Assembly (NCBI GenBank): GCA_964407625.1
Contig: CAYOWJ010000003.1
Span: forward strand, 1 to 39,371
Source of the DNA: an uncultured Lentimicrobiaceae bacterium
Lineage (GTDB): Bacteria; Bacteroidota; Bacteroidia; Bacteroidales; 4484-276
Reading direction: 5' to 3'
DNA: 39,371 nt
Below are positions 16,946-26,048 of the stretch, one piece after another. The translations under genes were made by a program, and so were the position numbers. The number at the start of each line of letters is the position of its first letter. The first letter of the stretch is position 1. The notes beneath the pieces were generated by a model. It worked only from the letters and a program-made list of their open reading frames with translations. It was not told the DNA's origin and ran no database searches.

Positions 16946-18271
16946 ATGGACATATTAATTAAGATTCTTCAATTATTACTGAGCTTGTCGATTTTGGTCA
17001 TTTTCCATGAATTTGGCCACTTTATTACAGCAAAAATTTTCAAAACACGGGTCGAGAAGTTCTACCTTTTTTTTAATCCCTGGTTTTCGATCTTTAAATT
17101 TAATTACAAAGAAACCGAATATGGATTGGGATGGCTGCCTTTGGGAGGGTATGTTAAAATTTCGGGTATGATTGATGAATCCATGGATAAAGAACAAATG
17201 AAACAACCACCTCAGCCGTGGGAATTTCGTTCAAAACCAGCCTGGCAAAGGCTTATTGTTATGCTTGGAGGTGTATTTGTAAATATTCTGCTTGCTGTTT
17301 TTATTTACATTTTTATGCTCTCATTCTGGGGCGAACAATACATTCCTACATCTGAAGTAAAATATGGTATTACCGTTGATTCGCTTGCCTATGAAATGGG
17401 ATTGCGCAATGGCGATAAAATTCTCTCCGTCGATCAAAGGTCGGTTGAAGAATTCCATAAAATTCCTGCCGAAATAATTATTGAGGAAGTTAAAACCATT
17501 CAGGTTGTTCGGGATGGTAAAAATGTAACCATCGAAATTCCAAAAGGGTTTCTTAATAAATTGGTCCATCATCGTAATCCTGAATTTATCGGCATCAGAA
17601 TACCCTTTTTTGTAGGAGGATTTTCTAAAGATTCCCCTGCCCTGGCCGCCGGATTAAAGGAGAAAGACAGAATTATCGGGATTGACGGAGAAGAAGCCCT
17701 GTATTTTGATGAATTCAGAGATAAGATAAAAAGCAGGAAAGGCAAGGAAGCGTTAATCAAAGTTATTAGAGAGGGCGATACTTTAGAGAAAAATGTCAAT
17801 GTTTCACCTGAAGGTTTAATTGGAGTTTTTGCAGAAAATCCAACAGATTTTTTTAATCTGAAAGAAAAAAATTATTCCTTTTTTGAGGCTATTCCCGCCG
17901 GAACAGTAAAAACTTACAAAGGTGTAGCCAATTATCTGAAGCAGTTAAAATTGCTTTTTTCTTCAGAAGTAAAAGCCTATGAATCAGTTGGCGGTTTCAT
18001 AACAATTGGAAGCATTTTCCCATCAGAATGGGACTGGCAGGCATTTTGGGGACTGACAGCCTTTTTGTCAATTATGCTGGCAATTTTAAATATTTTACCA
18101 ATACCGGCACTTGATGGAGGGCATGTAATGTTTCTGCTTTATGAAATTATTGCCCGGCGAAAACCCAGCGATAAATTTCTTGAATATTCACAAATTGTAG
18201 GGATGGTAATACTTTTCGCGTTGCTGATTTTTGCAAATGGGAATGATATTATGCGGTATTTTTTTAAATAG
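16946..18271 (+). CDS. rseP: RIP (site-2) zinc metalloprotease RseP
   Basis: 441 aa with HEFGHF in the first TM helix, central PDZ-like region(s) and the C-terminal NILPIPALDGGH motif. Confidence 0.9.
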   Translation: MDILIKILQLLLSLSILVIFHEFGHFITAKIFKTRVEKFYLFFNPWFSIFKFNYKETEYGLGWLPLGGYVKISGMIDESMDKEQMKQPPQPWEFRSKPAWQRLIVMLGGVFVNILLAVFIYIFMLSFWGEQYIPTSEVKYGITVDSLAYEMGLRNGDKILSVDQRSVEEFHKIPAEIIIEEVKTIQVVRDGKNVTIEIPKGFLNKLVHHRNPEFIGIRIPFFVGGFSKDSPALAAGLKEKDRIIGIDGEEALYFDEFRDKIKSRKGKEALIKVIREGDTLEKNVNVSPEGLIGVFAENPTDFFNLKEKNYSFFEAIPAGTVKTYKGVANYLKQLKLLFSSEVKAYESVGGFITIGSIFPSEWDWQAFWGLTAFLSIMLAILNILPIPALDGGHVMFLLYEIIARRKPSDKFLEYSQIVGMVILFALLIFANGNDIMRYFFK

Positions 18272-18300
18272 CCTTTAGTCCTGCCTAAAAAATATTTTAA

Positions 18301-18329
18301 AACCATCCCGATTTGCGGATGGTTTTTTT
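18301..18329 (+). terminator. Intrinsic terminator after rseP
   Basis: AACCATCC (18301-18308) pairs with GGATGGTT (18317-18324) and runs into a T7 tract (18323-18329). It lies 30 nt after the stop. Confidence 0.6.
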
Positions 18330-18362
18330 ATTACTTTGCAGCAAAATTTCAATTTTATAATT

Positions 18363-20024
18363 ATGCAAAATGATCAGAAGCCAGAAACCAAAGTCGATCA
18401 ACTGGAAAATTTATTAAGGAAATTAACACAGAATCAGGTTGAGTTTCATCATTTACTTCAAAAGGCTTCCTATGCTGTTTTGATCACTGATTTGGACGGT
18501 AAGTTATTGTTTTGTAATGAAAAAGTGTATCATTTTTTTGGTTTTGAACCGTCAGATAACAAACATGATTTACTTATCAACGAGATATTCGGCAAACATG
18601 ATTCTAAATGGAAAAACCAGATTAAAACCGTTTTAACAAATGGTGCTTCCGGTATGGAACTGACACTTGATAAAAAAAACAGTAAGGTCACCGAAATCAT
18701 CGTAAATACTCACCAGTCATTTTATGATGGTAAGAGATGTTTTATCAGTTTTCTTCATGATATCTCTGATCAAAAGCTAATCGAAAAAGGATTGAAAAAC
18801 GAATTTCAGAAAAATCTTCTGATAGTTGATTCGGTACCTGCCATGATTTTCATTAAAGATAAAGAAAATCGTTTTTGTTGGGTTAATAAAGCTTTTGAAG
18901 AACAAACCGGGTTTAAAAACGAAAACATTGTTAATAAAAGCATGTTCGAATTGACCCAGAATAGTGTTTCTGCAGCAGAGGACTGGAAGGATGATCTTGA
19001 GGTAATCGAATCAGGTTATGCCAAAAGAAATATTATCGAACCTTTAATTACTGATAAACATCGCTGGATTCTTACCGATAAAATTCCTTACCGGAATATT
19101 GATGGAGAAATAATTGGTATCATTGGTTTTTCAATTGATATCAGTGAACGTAAACATGCTGAGGAAGAACTGCTGCGAAGTGAGAAAATGTTCAGAATGT
19201 TATTTGAAACAGCTCCTGATGGAATAATTTTAAGTACCCTCAATGGAGAAATTTTATCAACTAATAATGCCATTGAAACCTTGCTTGGATACTCAGCAGA
19301 AGAAATGAAAGCATTGAATTATTTCCGCCTTACACCAGCAAAATGGCATAAATTGCAACGAGAACGAATTAATAACGCTATTAAAAAGGTCGAAAATGTT
19401 GCGCCGGTTGAATTAGAATTTATCAGATCCGATAGGAAAATAATTCCGGTGTTTGTAGCCGGATGGATAATCTTAAATGAGTTTGGAAAACCGATTCAGT
19501 TTGGAACTTATGTTAAAGACCTGTCAATTGCAAAAAAAGCTGAAAGATTAGAAAATTCCTTGCTCCAAAAGGAAAAAGAACAACTCGAAAAGGATCTTGA
19601 CTCCAAAACAAGGGAGCTTAATCTTAAAATAGCCAAACTCATCGAAATCAATGCATTGGTAAGAGAAGTTATTTCAAGCCTGGAAATCATCTTATCGATT
19701 GATCCTAAAGAAAAAAACAAAGAAATAAAGCTTGTGATTAGTGAACTTATGAATCATACTAATGATGATTTGTGGCAACAACTGGAACTTACCTTTGGCC
19801 AGATCCATCAATCCTTCTATAATAAAATTGTAAAACAATTCCCTAATCTTACACGAAACGAAAAAAGACTATGTGCATTTCTTAAAATGAATCTTTCTAC
19901 CAAAGACATTTCAAGTATTACTCATCAAACAATTCGAAGCATTGAGGTAGCGCGTGCACGTTTAAGAATCAAAATGAATTTGGATCGATCTGAGAGTTTG
20001 ATGAAGTATTTTTCAGAGTTTTGA
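18363..20024 (+). CDS. PAS-domain sensor fused to a LuxR/GerE-type HTH (one-component transcriptional regulator)
   Basis: About three PAS-like repeats (e.g. ASYAVLITDLDGKLLFCN, DSVPAMIFIKDKENRFCWVNKAFEEQTG, FETAPDGIILSTLNGEILSTNNAIETLLGY), then a coiled coil. The C-terminal LTRNEKRLCAFLKMNLSTKDISSITHQTIRSIEVARARLRIKM is a LuxR-type HTH. I prefer the ATG at 18363 over the TTG at 18336. Confidence 0.8.
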   Translation: MQNDQKPETKVDQLENLLRKLTQNQVEFHHLLQKASYAVLITDLDGKLLFCNEKVYHFFGFEPSDNKHDLLINEIFGKHDSKWKNQIKTVLTNGASGMELTLDKKNSKVTEIIVNTHQSFYDGKRCFISFLHDISDQKLIEKGLKNEFQKNLLIVDSVPAMIFIKDKENRFCWVNKAFEEQTGFKNENIVNKSMFELTQNSVSAAEDWKDDLEVIESGYAKRNIIEPLITDKHRWILTDKIPYRNIDGEIIGIIGFSIDISERKHAEEELLRSEKMFRMLFETAPDGIILSTLNGEILSTNNAIETLLGYSAEEMKALNYFRLTPAKWHKLQRERINNAIKKVENVAPVELEFIRSDRKIIPVFVAGWIILNEFGKPIQFGTYVKDLSIAKKAERLENSLLQKEKEQLEKDLDSKTRELNLKIAKLIEINALVREVISSLEIILSIDPKEKNKEIKLVISELMNHTNDDLWQQLELTFGQIHQSFYNKIVKQFPNLTRNEKRLCAFLKMNLSTKDISSITHQTIRSIEVARARLRIKMNLDRSESLMKYFSEF

Positions 20025-20194
20025 GTATGTTTTATTTTTAATTGTACAATTCCCCCAAAAAAATTACTAAAGTGCAGTTCAATTTTGGTAATGTTAAACC
20101 ATTGAAATTCAATTAGAAATGTTTAATTTTATGGGTAATTAACTTAAGGTCTTTTTTTTGTGCAATATTTATGGTAAAAATAATTTTAAAAATA

Positions 20195-20226
20195 TTTGTT
20201 AGCATCTATTAAGTGTTGTATGTTTG
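20195..20226 (+). promoter_or_regulatory. Full-consensus Bacteroidetes promoter with no adjacent ORF
   Basis: -33 TTTG (20195-20198), a 20-nt spacer, then -7 TATGTTTG (20219-20226). The nearest downstream start codon of a real gene (20669) is about 440 nt away. Confidence 0.45.
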
Positions 20227-20231
20227 CAGTG

Positions 20232-20360
20232 ACTAAATCATGGTTGTTTTTTAATAATTGGTTTTAAGGGGTAGTTTGGGAGTTAACCTAAAGCAGGGGG
20301 ATACAAATCAAAAACTTTTACTCCAGATTTAGCTAATATCCCCCCGCTCCCAGACTTTTT
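20232..20360 (+). ncRNA. Candidate small RNA or 5' leader element: promoter-proximal extended hairpin ending in a T5 tract
   Basis: The predicted start is about 6-8 nt after the -7 box. Helices: 20274-20282 with 20347-20355 (9 bp), 20296-20303 with 20337-20344 (8 bp, GGGGGATA/TATCCCCC), and 20305-20309 with 20326-20330. TTTTT follows at 20356-20360. No ORF longer than 13 codons. This is purely a sequence-based prediction. Confidence 0.3.
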
Positions 20361-20396
20361 AAGTAGCTTTCCTTTTTCTTGCTTTCAAAAAAATTT

Positions 20397-20433
20397 AATA
20401 ATAACGAAATTAATTTCTGTTATTATTTTTTTT
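20397..20433 (+). terminator. Second terminator-like A/T-rich stem-loop
   Basis: AATAATAAC-GAAA (20397-20409), a TTAA loop, then TTTC-T-GTTATTATT (20414-20427). This gives 13 bp with one bulge and runs into a T tract through 20433. Confidence 0.45.
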
Positions 20434-20668
20434 GTCATAGAAATTGATTCCATAATAATTGCTTAGTCAAGTTGAAATCAAATAAAAATTTTCCATTGCA
20501 ACATGTTTTAATAACAAATTGGTTGCCGTCGTCGTTACAAAGTACTTTTAATTAAAGGATTTTAAGGTAAACCTGAACTAATGAAATCGTTTTAGGTGAA
20601 CTGAAGAAATATTTGTTTTAAAAAAAAACGTTTCTTTGTGGTACTTTTAATTTTTGAGAATTTTTCCT

Positions 20669-21613
20669 ATGATTAGGACATTTTTTTTGATAACATTTGT
20701 ATTTTTATCTTCAGTTGCTTTAACCCAGCAATTGCCACAATATTCCCAATACATGTTTAATAAAATTGCCTACAATCCTGGCTATGCCGGCGCAGGTAAT
20801 GGGATTTGTGTTGGCGGTTTAATCCGGCAACAATGGGTTGGCTTTAAAGAAACTGATGACGAAGGTAATTCCAGCATTGTAGCACCTGAAACATACGTTG
20901 TTTCAATCAGTGCACCAGTACGGGCACTTCGGGGAGGCTTGGGAGCAACAATAATTCAGGATAAAATTGCATTTCAAAACAATATCACCCTAAATCTGAT
21001 TTATGCTTACCAAACAACATTAGGAGCCGGGGATTTGGGTATTGGAGTTCAACTTAGCTTACTTAATAAAACCATTGATTTTACTGAATATAATCCGACA
21101 TCCACAAACGATCCGCTTTTGAATGAGGCCGAACAAAGTGATATGATTTTTGATGCCGGGATTGGATTATATTACAGAGTGCCTGATAATTACTACCTGG
21201 GACTCTCGGTTCTTCAGTTGCTTGAATCAGAAACTGCAACCGATGCAACTTCCACAAAATTGAAAAGACAAATTAATCTGATTGGTGGATACGAATTTTC
21301 TTTACCCAACACACCAGAAATCGATGTTCTCCCTTCGTTGATGATAAAAACCGATGGAAGTTCGGTTCAATATGATTTATCAGCACTTTTACGGTTTAAA
21401 AATCAATTTTGGGGAGGCGTCAGTTATCGCTACCAGGATGCAATTGCGATCATTGTAGGGATGGAATACAAAAACTTTAACATTGGCTACTCTTATGATA
21501 TTAATACTTCTGCCATAGGCTCATATGGGAGTCATGAAATCAGAGTTGGTTATTGCTTTAAAATCGAAGTGAACAAGATAAAAAAGGTTTACCGAAACAC
21601 AAGATTTTTGTAA
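20669..21613 (+). CDS. PorP/SprF-family type IX secretion system outer-membrane protein
   Basis: Signal peptide followed by the family signature QQLPQYSQYMFNKIAYNPGYAG, with a beta-barrel-like remainder ending RVGYCF. I prefer the ATG at 20669 over the TTG at 20654. Confidence 0.85.
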   Translation: MIRTFFLITFVFLSSVALTQQLPQYSQYMFNKIAYNPGYAGAGNGICVGGLIRQQWVGFKETDDEGNSSIVAPETYVVSISAPVRALRGGLGATIIQDKIAFQNNITLNLIYAYQTTLGAGDLGIGVQLSLLNKTIDFTEYNPTSTNDPLLNEAEQSDMIFDAGIGLYYRVPDNYYLGLSVLQLLESETATDATSTKLKRQINLIGGYEFSLPNTPEIDVLPSLMIKTDGSSVQYDLSALLRFKNQFWGGVSYRYQDAIAIIVGMEYKNFNIGYSYDINTSAIGSYGSHEIRVGYCFKIEVNKIKKVYRNTRFL

Positions 21614-21915
21614 ACCAATGGTTTTTTCTTAACACACAAAATCTGAATTTTTGTTTTCATGCACATATTTTTAATCAAAAAAGCAATAGTAGGGATAATT
21701 AATGCTTAATCTGTTGTTTATGAGCTTTTTTTCAATCAATAATTTGTTCATAGAAAAAGATTAATTAAACTGATTTTATTTGAATTTACCCGTTAAGTAC
21801 CATTTTTTAAGAAAAGCTTTAAGTGTAAAGGATTTATTAGTGATCAACCAAAAATCAATAATTATAATAAATGAAAAGGTGTCTCGTTAAACTGTTTGTA
21901 AAATCAGCAGTTGAT

Positions 21916-23271
21916 ATGAAAAAACTATTTTTCTTTCTTTTTTTATTAGCCATTATTAGCAGTTGTCGTAACACAGGAAACGGTGAACTAATCGGAGTTG
22001 GTGACCGCTCCAAGTTCTATCAGCCCGATCCTTTTGGAATGACTTTCGTTCCGTTAGGTGCATTTACAATGGGTGTTGGGGAGCAAGACGTTCCTTACAC
22101 ACAAATGAATAATCCCAAAACAGTAACAGTTGGTTCGTTTTATATGGATGAAACCGAAATTACCAACAACGAATATCGTCAATTCGTTTATTGGGTTCGT
22201 GATTCGGTCGCCCGAAGTCTTTTAGGTGAAATTAACCCGGAAGAATTTCTTATCGAAGAAAATACTGAAACAGGTGAGTTGTATGATCCTCCATTCTTGA
22301 ATTGGACCACCGAAATTGATTGGGAAAACGAAGAAAATGCACAAACACTTGAAGAAATGTTTCTTCCTGAAAATGAACGGTATTTCAGAAAGAAGGAGAT
22401 TGATACCCGGAAATTAAAGTATCAGTATTTTTGGATTGACTTGCAAGCTGCGGCCCGCAAAGATTATTCACAGCCAGGAAATCCTGAAGATGCAAGTTTT
22501 GCTAATCGTCCTTATGGTGATAATGGACGGAGAGATTTCTTGCGCACTGAAACTATTAATGTGTTTCCAGATACTTTATGTTGGATTCATGATTATGCAT
22601 ATTCCTATAATGAACCTTTAGCACGCACCTATTTTTGGCATCCTACCTACGACCACTATCCTGTTGTTGGTGTAAACTGGAATCAGGCTAGAGCTTTTTG
22701 TGTATGGCGGACTTCACTGTTTAATGGTTTTCTCGATAGCAAAGGACAACCCGGTTTAAATGATTTCAGACTTCCTACCGAAGCTGAATGGGAATGGGCT
22801 GCACGTGGTGGCGAAGCAGCAAACCCTTTTCCATGGGGTGGGCCTTACAGCAAAAATGATAAAGGCTGTCTGTTAGCAAACTTCAAACCAAACCGCGGAA
22901 ATTATGCTGATGATGGAGGTGCTACGCCAGTAATCGTTGGACATTATCCTGCCAATAGTTTTAACCTTTATGATATGTCTGGAAATGTTTCAGAATGGAC
23001 AAACAGCGCCTATGATGAATCAGCAAATATTTTTACCTGGGAACTCAATCCGGATTACAGTTATCTTGCAAAACAAGATGATCCGATCAGTATGAAACGT
23101 AAAGTCATTCGCGGTGGTTCCTGGAAAGATATCGAATATTACCTTTTAGTCTCAACCCGTGATTATGAGTATCAGGATACCGCAAAATCTTATGTTGGAT
23201 TCAGATGTGTTCAGAGTTATCTTGGGCGTTCTAAAGGAGACAATCCTTCCAAATCATCAAACATTTATTAA
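21916..23271 (+). CDS. gldK: Gliding motility / T9SS lipoprotein GldK (PorK), FGE-sulfatase (SUMF1) fold
   Basis: Lipoprotein signal MKKLFFFLFLLAIISSC. Also has GMTFVPLGAFTMG, YMDETEITNNEYRQF, LPTEAEWEWAARGG and VIRGGSWKD. Start set at the ATG at 21916, 15 codons inside the track ORF. Confidence 0.9.
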   Translation: MKKLFFFLFLLAIISSCRNTGNGELIGVGDRSKFYQPDPFGMTFVPLGAFTMGVGEQDVPYTQMNNPKTVTVGSFYMDETEITNNEYRQFVYWVRDSVARSLLGEINPEEFLIEENTETGELYDPPFLNWTTEIDWENEENAQTLEEMFLPENERYFRKKEIDTRKLKYQYFWIDLQAAARKDYSQPGNPEDASFANRPYGDNGRRDFLRTETINVFPDTLCWIHDYAYSYNEPLARTYFWHPTYDHYPVVGVNWNQARAFCVWRTSLFNGFLDSKGQPGLNDFRLPTEAEWEWAARGGEAANPFPWGGPYSKNDKGCLLANFKPNRGNYADDGGATPVIVGHYPANSFNLYDMSGNVSEWTNSAYDESANIFTWELNPDYSYLAKQDDPISMKRKVIRGGSWKDIEYYLLVSTRDYEYQDTAKSYVGFRCVQSYLGRSKGDNPSKSSNIY

Positions 23272-23313
23272 TCATCAATTTATTAACCGGTTTTTAACAG
23301 ATTCGAAAGAATA

Positions 23314-24381
23314 ATGGAAACAGTAGCAGTAAACAAACCTCTCATAAGAAAAATTGAGGATGCTCTCGAAAGCAGTTTTTTCAGACGATTTATGTCAGTT
23401 GCCTATGGTCTCGGTGCTTCAATTGTAATCATTGGTGCATTATTTAAGATCACACATATTAAAGGAGCTAATGAGGCACTTTTTATAGGGATGGTAACTG
23501 AGGCAATTATTTTTGCTTTATCTGCTCTGCAAAAACCTCACGTTGAACCTGACTGGAGTAAAGCCTATCCTGAATTGGAAGAAGATTTCCATGGGACTAA
23601 ATCTGATCACGTTAAGGCGGTAAAGAAACCAGTAGGCGGTGGCCAGATGAACCAACTTGATCAGATGTTACAAAAAGCTGATGTAAATCAGGAAATGATC
23701 AACAGGCTAGGTGAAGGATTAAAAAAGCTGGGCGATAATACCGCTAAACTTAATGATGTTTCCAGCGCCAGTGTCGCTTCACAAGAGTTTGTAACAAACA
23801 TGAAATCTGCTACTCAGTCGGTGGCTACACTTTCGAAAACTTATAATGCAACTTCTGAAGCAATGACTAAAGAACTTGCTGTATCAGCCGAGTTTTCATC
23901 AAGAGTCAAAGAAGCTTCACAAGCAGCAACGGGCTTAAAACAGGTTTATTCGGATGCATCAAAATCGTTAAAAGATGATATTGAAGCCTCTGAAAAACTC
24001 TCCGAAAGCATAAAATCTGCATCAGTTTCTGCCGGAAAACTCTCCGAAAGTTATTTTAAATCAGCCGAAAGCATCGCCAAAAATATTGATGAACTTCAGA
24101 AATCAACAGTAAAAAATACAGCTTTCAACGACCAACTTGCGAAGCTTTCACAAAACTTATCTTCGCTTAATGCACTTTACGAATTACAATTGAAGAATTC
24201 GGAGGTTCAATCGCAAGCTTCAGCCAAACTCCAGCAAACGATGGAAAAATTCCTGGCCAATATGGAAGAATCCTCAACCAAAACAGTTCAATACCAGCGT
24301 GAAATGGACTCTCTTACCAAAAGGATGTCCTCACTCAACAGCGTTTATGGTAACATGTTATCTGCAATGAATATTAAGTAA
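23314..24381 (+). CDS. gldL: Gliding motility / T9SS motor protein GldL (PorL)
   Basis: Two N-terminal TM helices (YGLGASIVIIGALFKITH; ALFIGMVTEAIIFALSAL) with the conserved intramembrane Glu in TM2. A long cytoplasmic tail rich in Ser/Ala/Lys/Glu follows. Confidence 0.88.
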   Translation: METVAVNKPLIRKIEDALESSFFRRFMSVAYGLGASIVIIGALFKITHIKGANEALFIGMVTEAIIFALSALQKPHVEPDWSKAYPELEEDFHGTKSDHVKAVKKPVGGGQMNQLDQMLQKADVNQEMINRLGEGLKKLGDNTAKLNDVSSASVASQEFVTNMKSATQSVATLSKTYNATSEAMTKELAVSAEFSSRVKEASQAATGLKQVYSDASKSLKDDIEASEKLSESIKSASVSAGKLSESYFKSAESIAKNIDELQKSTVKNTAFNDQLAKLSQNLSSLNALYELQLKNSEVQSQASAKLQQTMEKFLANMEESSTKTVQYQREMDSLTKRMSSLNSVYGNMLSAMNIK

Positions 24382-24414
24382 TTATTGAACTTGTTAAATA
24401 AAAAAAGCGATTAA

Positions 24415-26025
24415 ATGGCCGGATACAAAGAAACTCCCCGTCAAAAAATGATTGCCATGATGTACTTAGTACTCACGGCACTTCTTGCACTTAATGTATC
24501 CAAAGAAATGCTTGATGCATTTATCGTGGTTAATGACAGTGTTGAGTTGACAAATGAGAATTTTGCCCAAAAGCTTACTGAAACCTATGGTGCATTTGAA
24601 AAGCAGTATCAAATCAATCAAAATAAAGTTGAGCCATACTGGGAAAAAGCTAAAACCGCCCAAACGTTAAGCAAAGAAATGGTTGATTACATCAATCAGT
24701 TAAAATATGAGTTGATTTCGATTACCGAGAAAATCCCGATCGACTCTGCCAAGGTTATTCCTGTTGGTCGTCTTAAAAATAAAGAAGACTATTCCACTAC
24801 CACAAATTTTTTTATGGGTGACAGCGAGGATGGGTCAAAAGGAAAAGGCAAGGAACTTCTTCAAAAAATCCTGGATTACCGTAAAAACATGTTGAACCTC
24901 GTTGATGAGAAAAGCCGCGACAAAATCAGGCTTGGATTGCAAACCGACGGAAAATATCATGATGCGTCAGGATTACCTCAAAACTGGATTCAATACAATT
25001 TTTTCCACACCATTCTTGCGGCTGATATCACTATTATCAATAAAATCATAACAGAGGTTTACAATGCTGAGTTTGATGTTGTGAACTTTCTACTGGATGA
25101 TATTGACGCTGTTGATTTTAAGTATGACAGAATAGATGCAAGAGTGTTGCCAAAAACCAACTATGTTTTTCAGGGAGACGAATACCAGGCAGAAATCATT
25201 GTTGCAGCTTATGACACAAAGCAAAATCCTGAAGTGTATTATGCTGAAGGAGTTAGTGAGTTGCCTGTAAGTCAAAAAGATCGTGCACGATCAATTGCAG
25301 GACAAGATGGAATGGTTCAATTGAAATTCCCAACCCAGAGTTTGGGGCCAAAAAAATATGCTGGCTTTGTAAGTGTTAAAAACGGAGTAGGTGAAATAAA
25401 TTACTACCCCTTTAGCAACGAGTATTTTGTTGCGGAACCTTCGTTGACAGTATCGGCAATGAAAATGAATGTTTTTTACATTGGTGTTGACAATCCGGTT
25501 CAAATTTCGGTACCTGGTATTCCGGAGGAAAGCATTGCCCCATCAATTTCGGTTGGCACACTTAAACGTGATCCTGATGGCAAGGACTGGATTGTTACAG
25601 TTCCATCCGGCCAGAAAGAAGTAGTAATTAGTGTTGAAGCTCAAATTGATGGTAAAAAGAAAAGTATGGGAAGCAAAACTTACAGGATAAAGAAATTACC
25701 CGATCCCGTTGCACTTATTGCCAATAAAAATGAAGGTTTAATCAACCGTAATATTCTCGTTGCTGCCGGTACAATTATTCCAAAAATGCCTGATGATTTT
25801 GAGTTTGATCTGAATTACAAAATCATTTCATTTAAAATGACCATGCAATTAAGGGGAACTGAAATCTGGTCGGATCAGGCTAGCAATAACAGGCTTACCG
25901 AGAGCATGATGAACAATATCAAGTCGGCAAACCGCGGACAAAAAATTTGGTTCGAGAATATCATAGCACGCGGCCCCGACAATATCGACCGTCAGTTGGC
26001 ACCAATTATTTTAACCATCAATTAA
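24415..26025 (+). CDS. gldM: Gliding motility / T9SS motor protein GldM (PorM)
   Basis: N-terminus MAGYKETPRQKMIAMMYLVLTALLALNVSKEMLDAF, with the conserved Arg just before the single TM helix. The 536-aa periplasmic multi-domain remainder is typical of GldM. Confidence 0.9.
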   Translation: MAGYKETPRQKMIAMMYLVLTALLALNVSKEMLDAFIVVNDSVELTNENFAQKLTETYGAFEKQYQINQNKVEPYWEKAKTAQTLSKEMVDYINQLKYELISITEKIPIDSAKVIPVGRLKNKEDYSTTTNFFMGDSEDGSKGKGKELLQKILDYRKNMLNLVDEKSRDKIRLGLQTDGKYHDASGLPQNWIQYNFFHTILAADITIINKIITEVYNAEFDVVNFLLDDIDAVDFKYDRIDARVLPKTNYVFQGDEYQAEIIVAAYDTKQNPEVYYAEGVSELPVSQKDRARSIAGQDGMVQLKFPTQSLGPKKYAGFVSVKNGVGEINYYPFSNEYFVAEPSLTVSAMKMNVFYIGVDNPVQISVPGIPEESIAPSISVGTLKRDPDGKDWIVTVPSGQKEVVISVEAQIDGKKKSMGSKTYRIKKLPDPVALIANKNEGLINRNILVAAGTIIPKMPDDFEFDLNYKIISFKMTMQLRGTEIWSDQASNNRLTESMMNNIKSANRGQKIWFENIIARGPDNIDRQLAPIILTIN

Positions 26026-26048
26026 CACGAAACATAAAACTAACAAAT

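Noticed and set aside
25947-26048. Upstream extension of gldN overlapping gldM; likewise 21871-21915 for gldK and 5729-5785 for the beta-barrel-like ORF
   Set aside because: In each case an internal ATG gives a canonical signal or lipoprotein peptide. For 5729-5785 a -7 promoter box also lies inside the extension.
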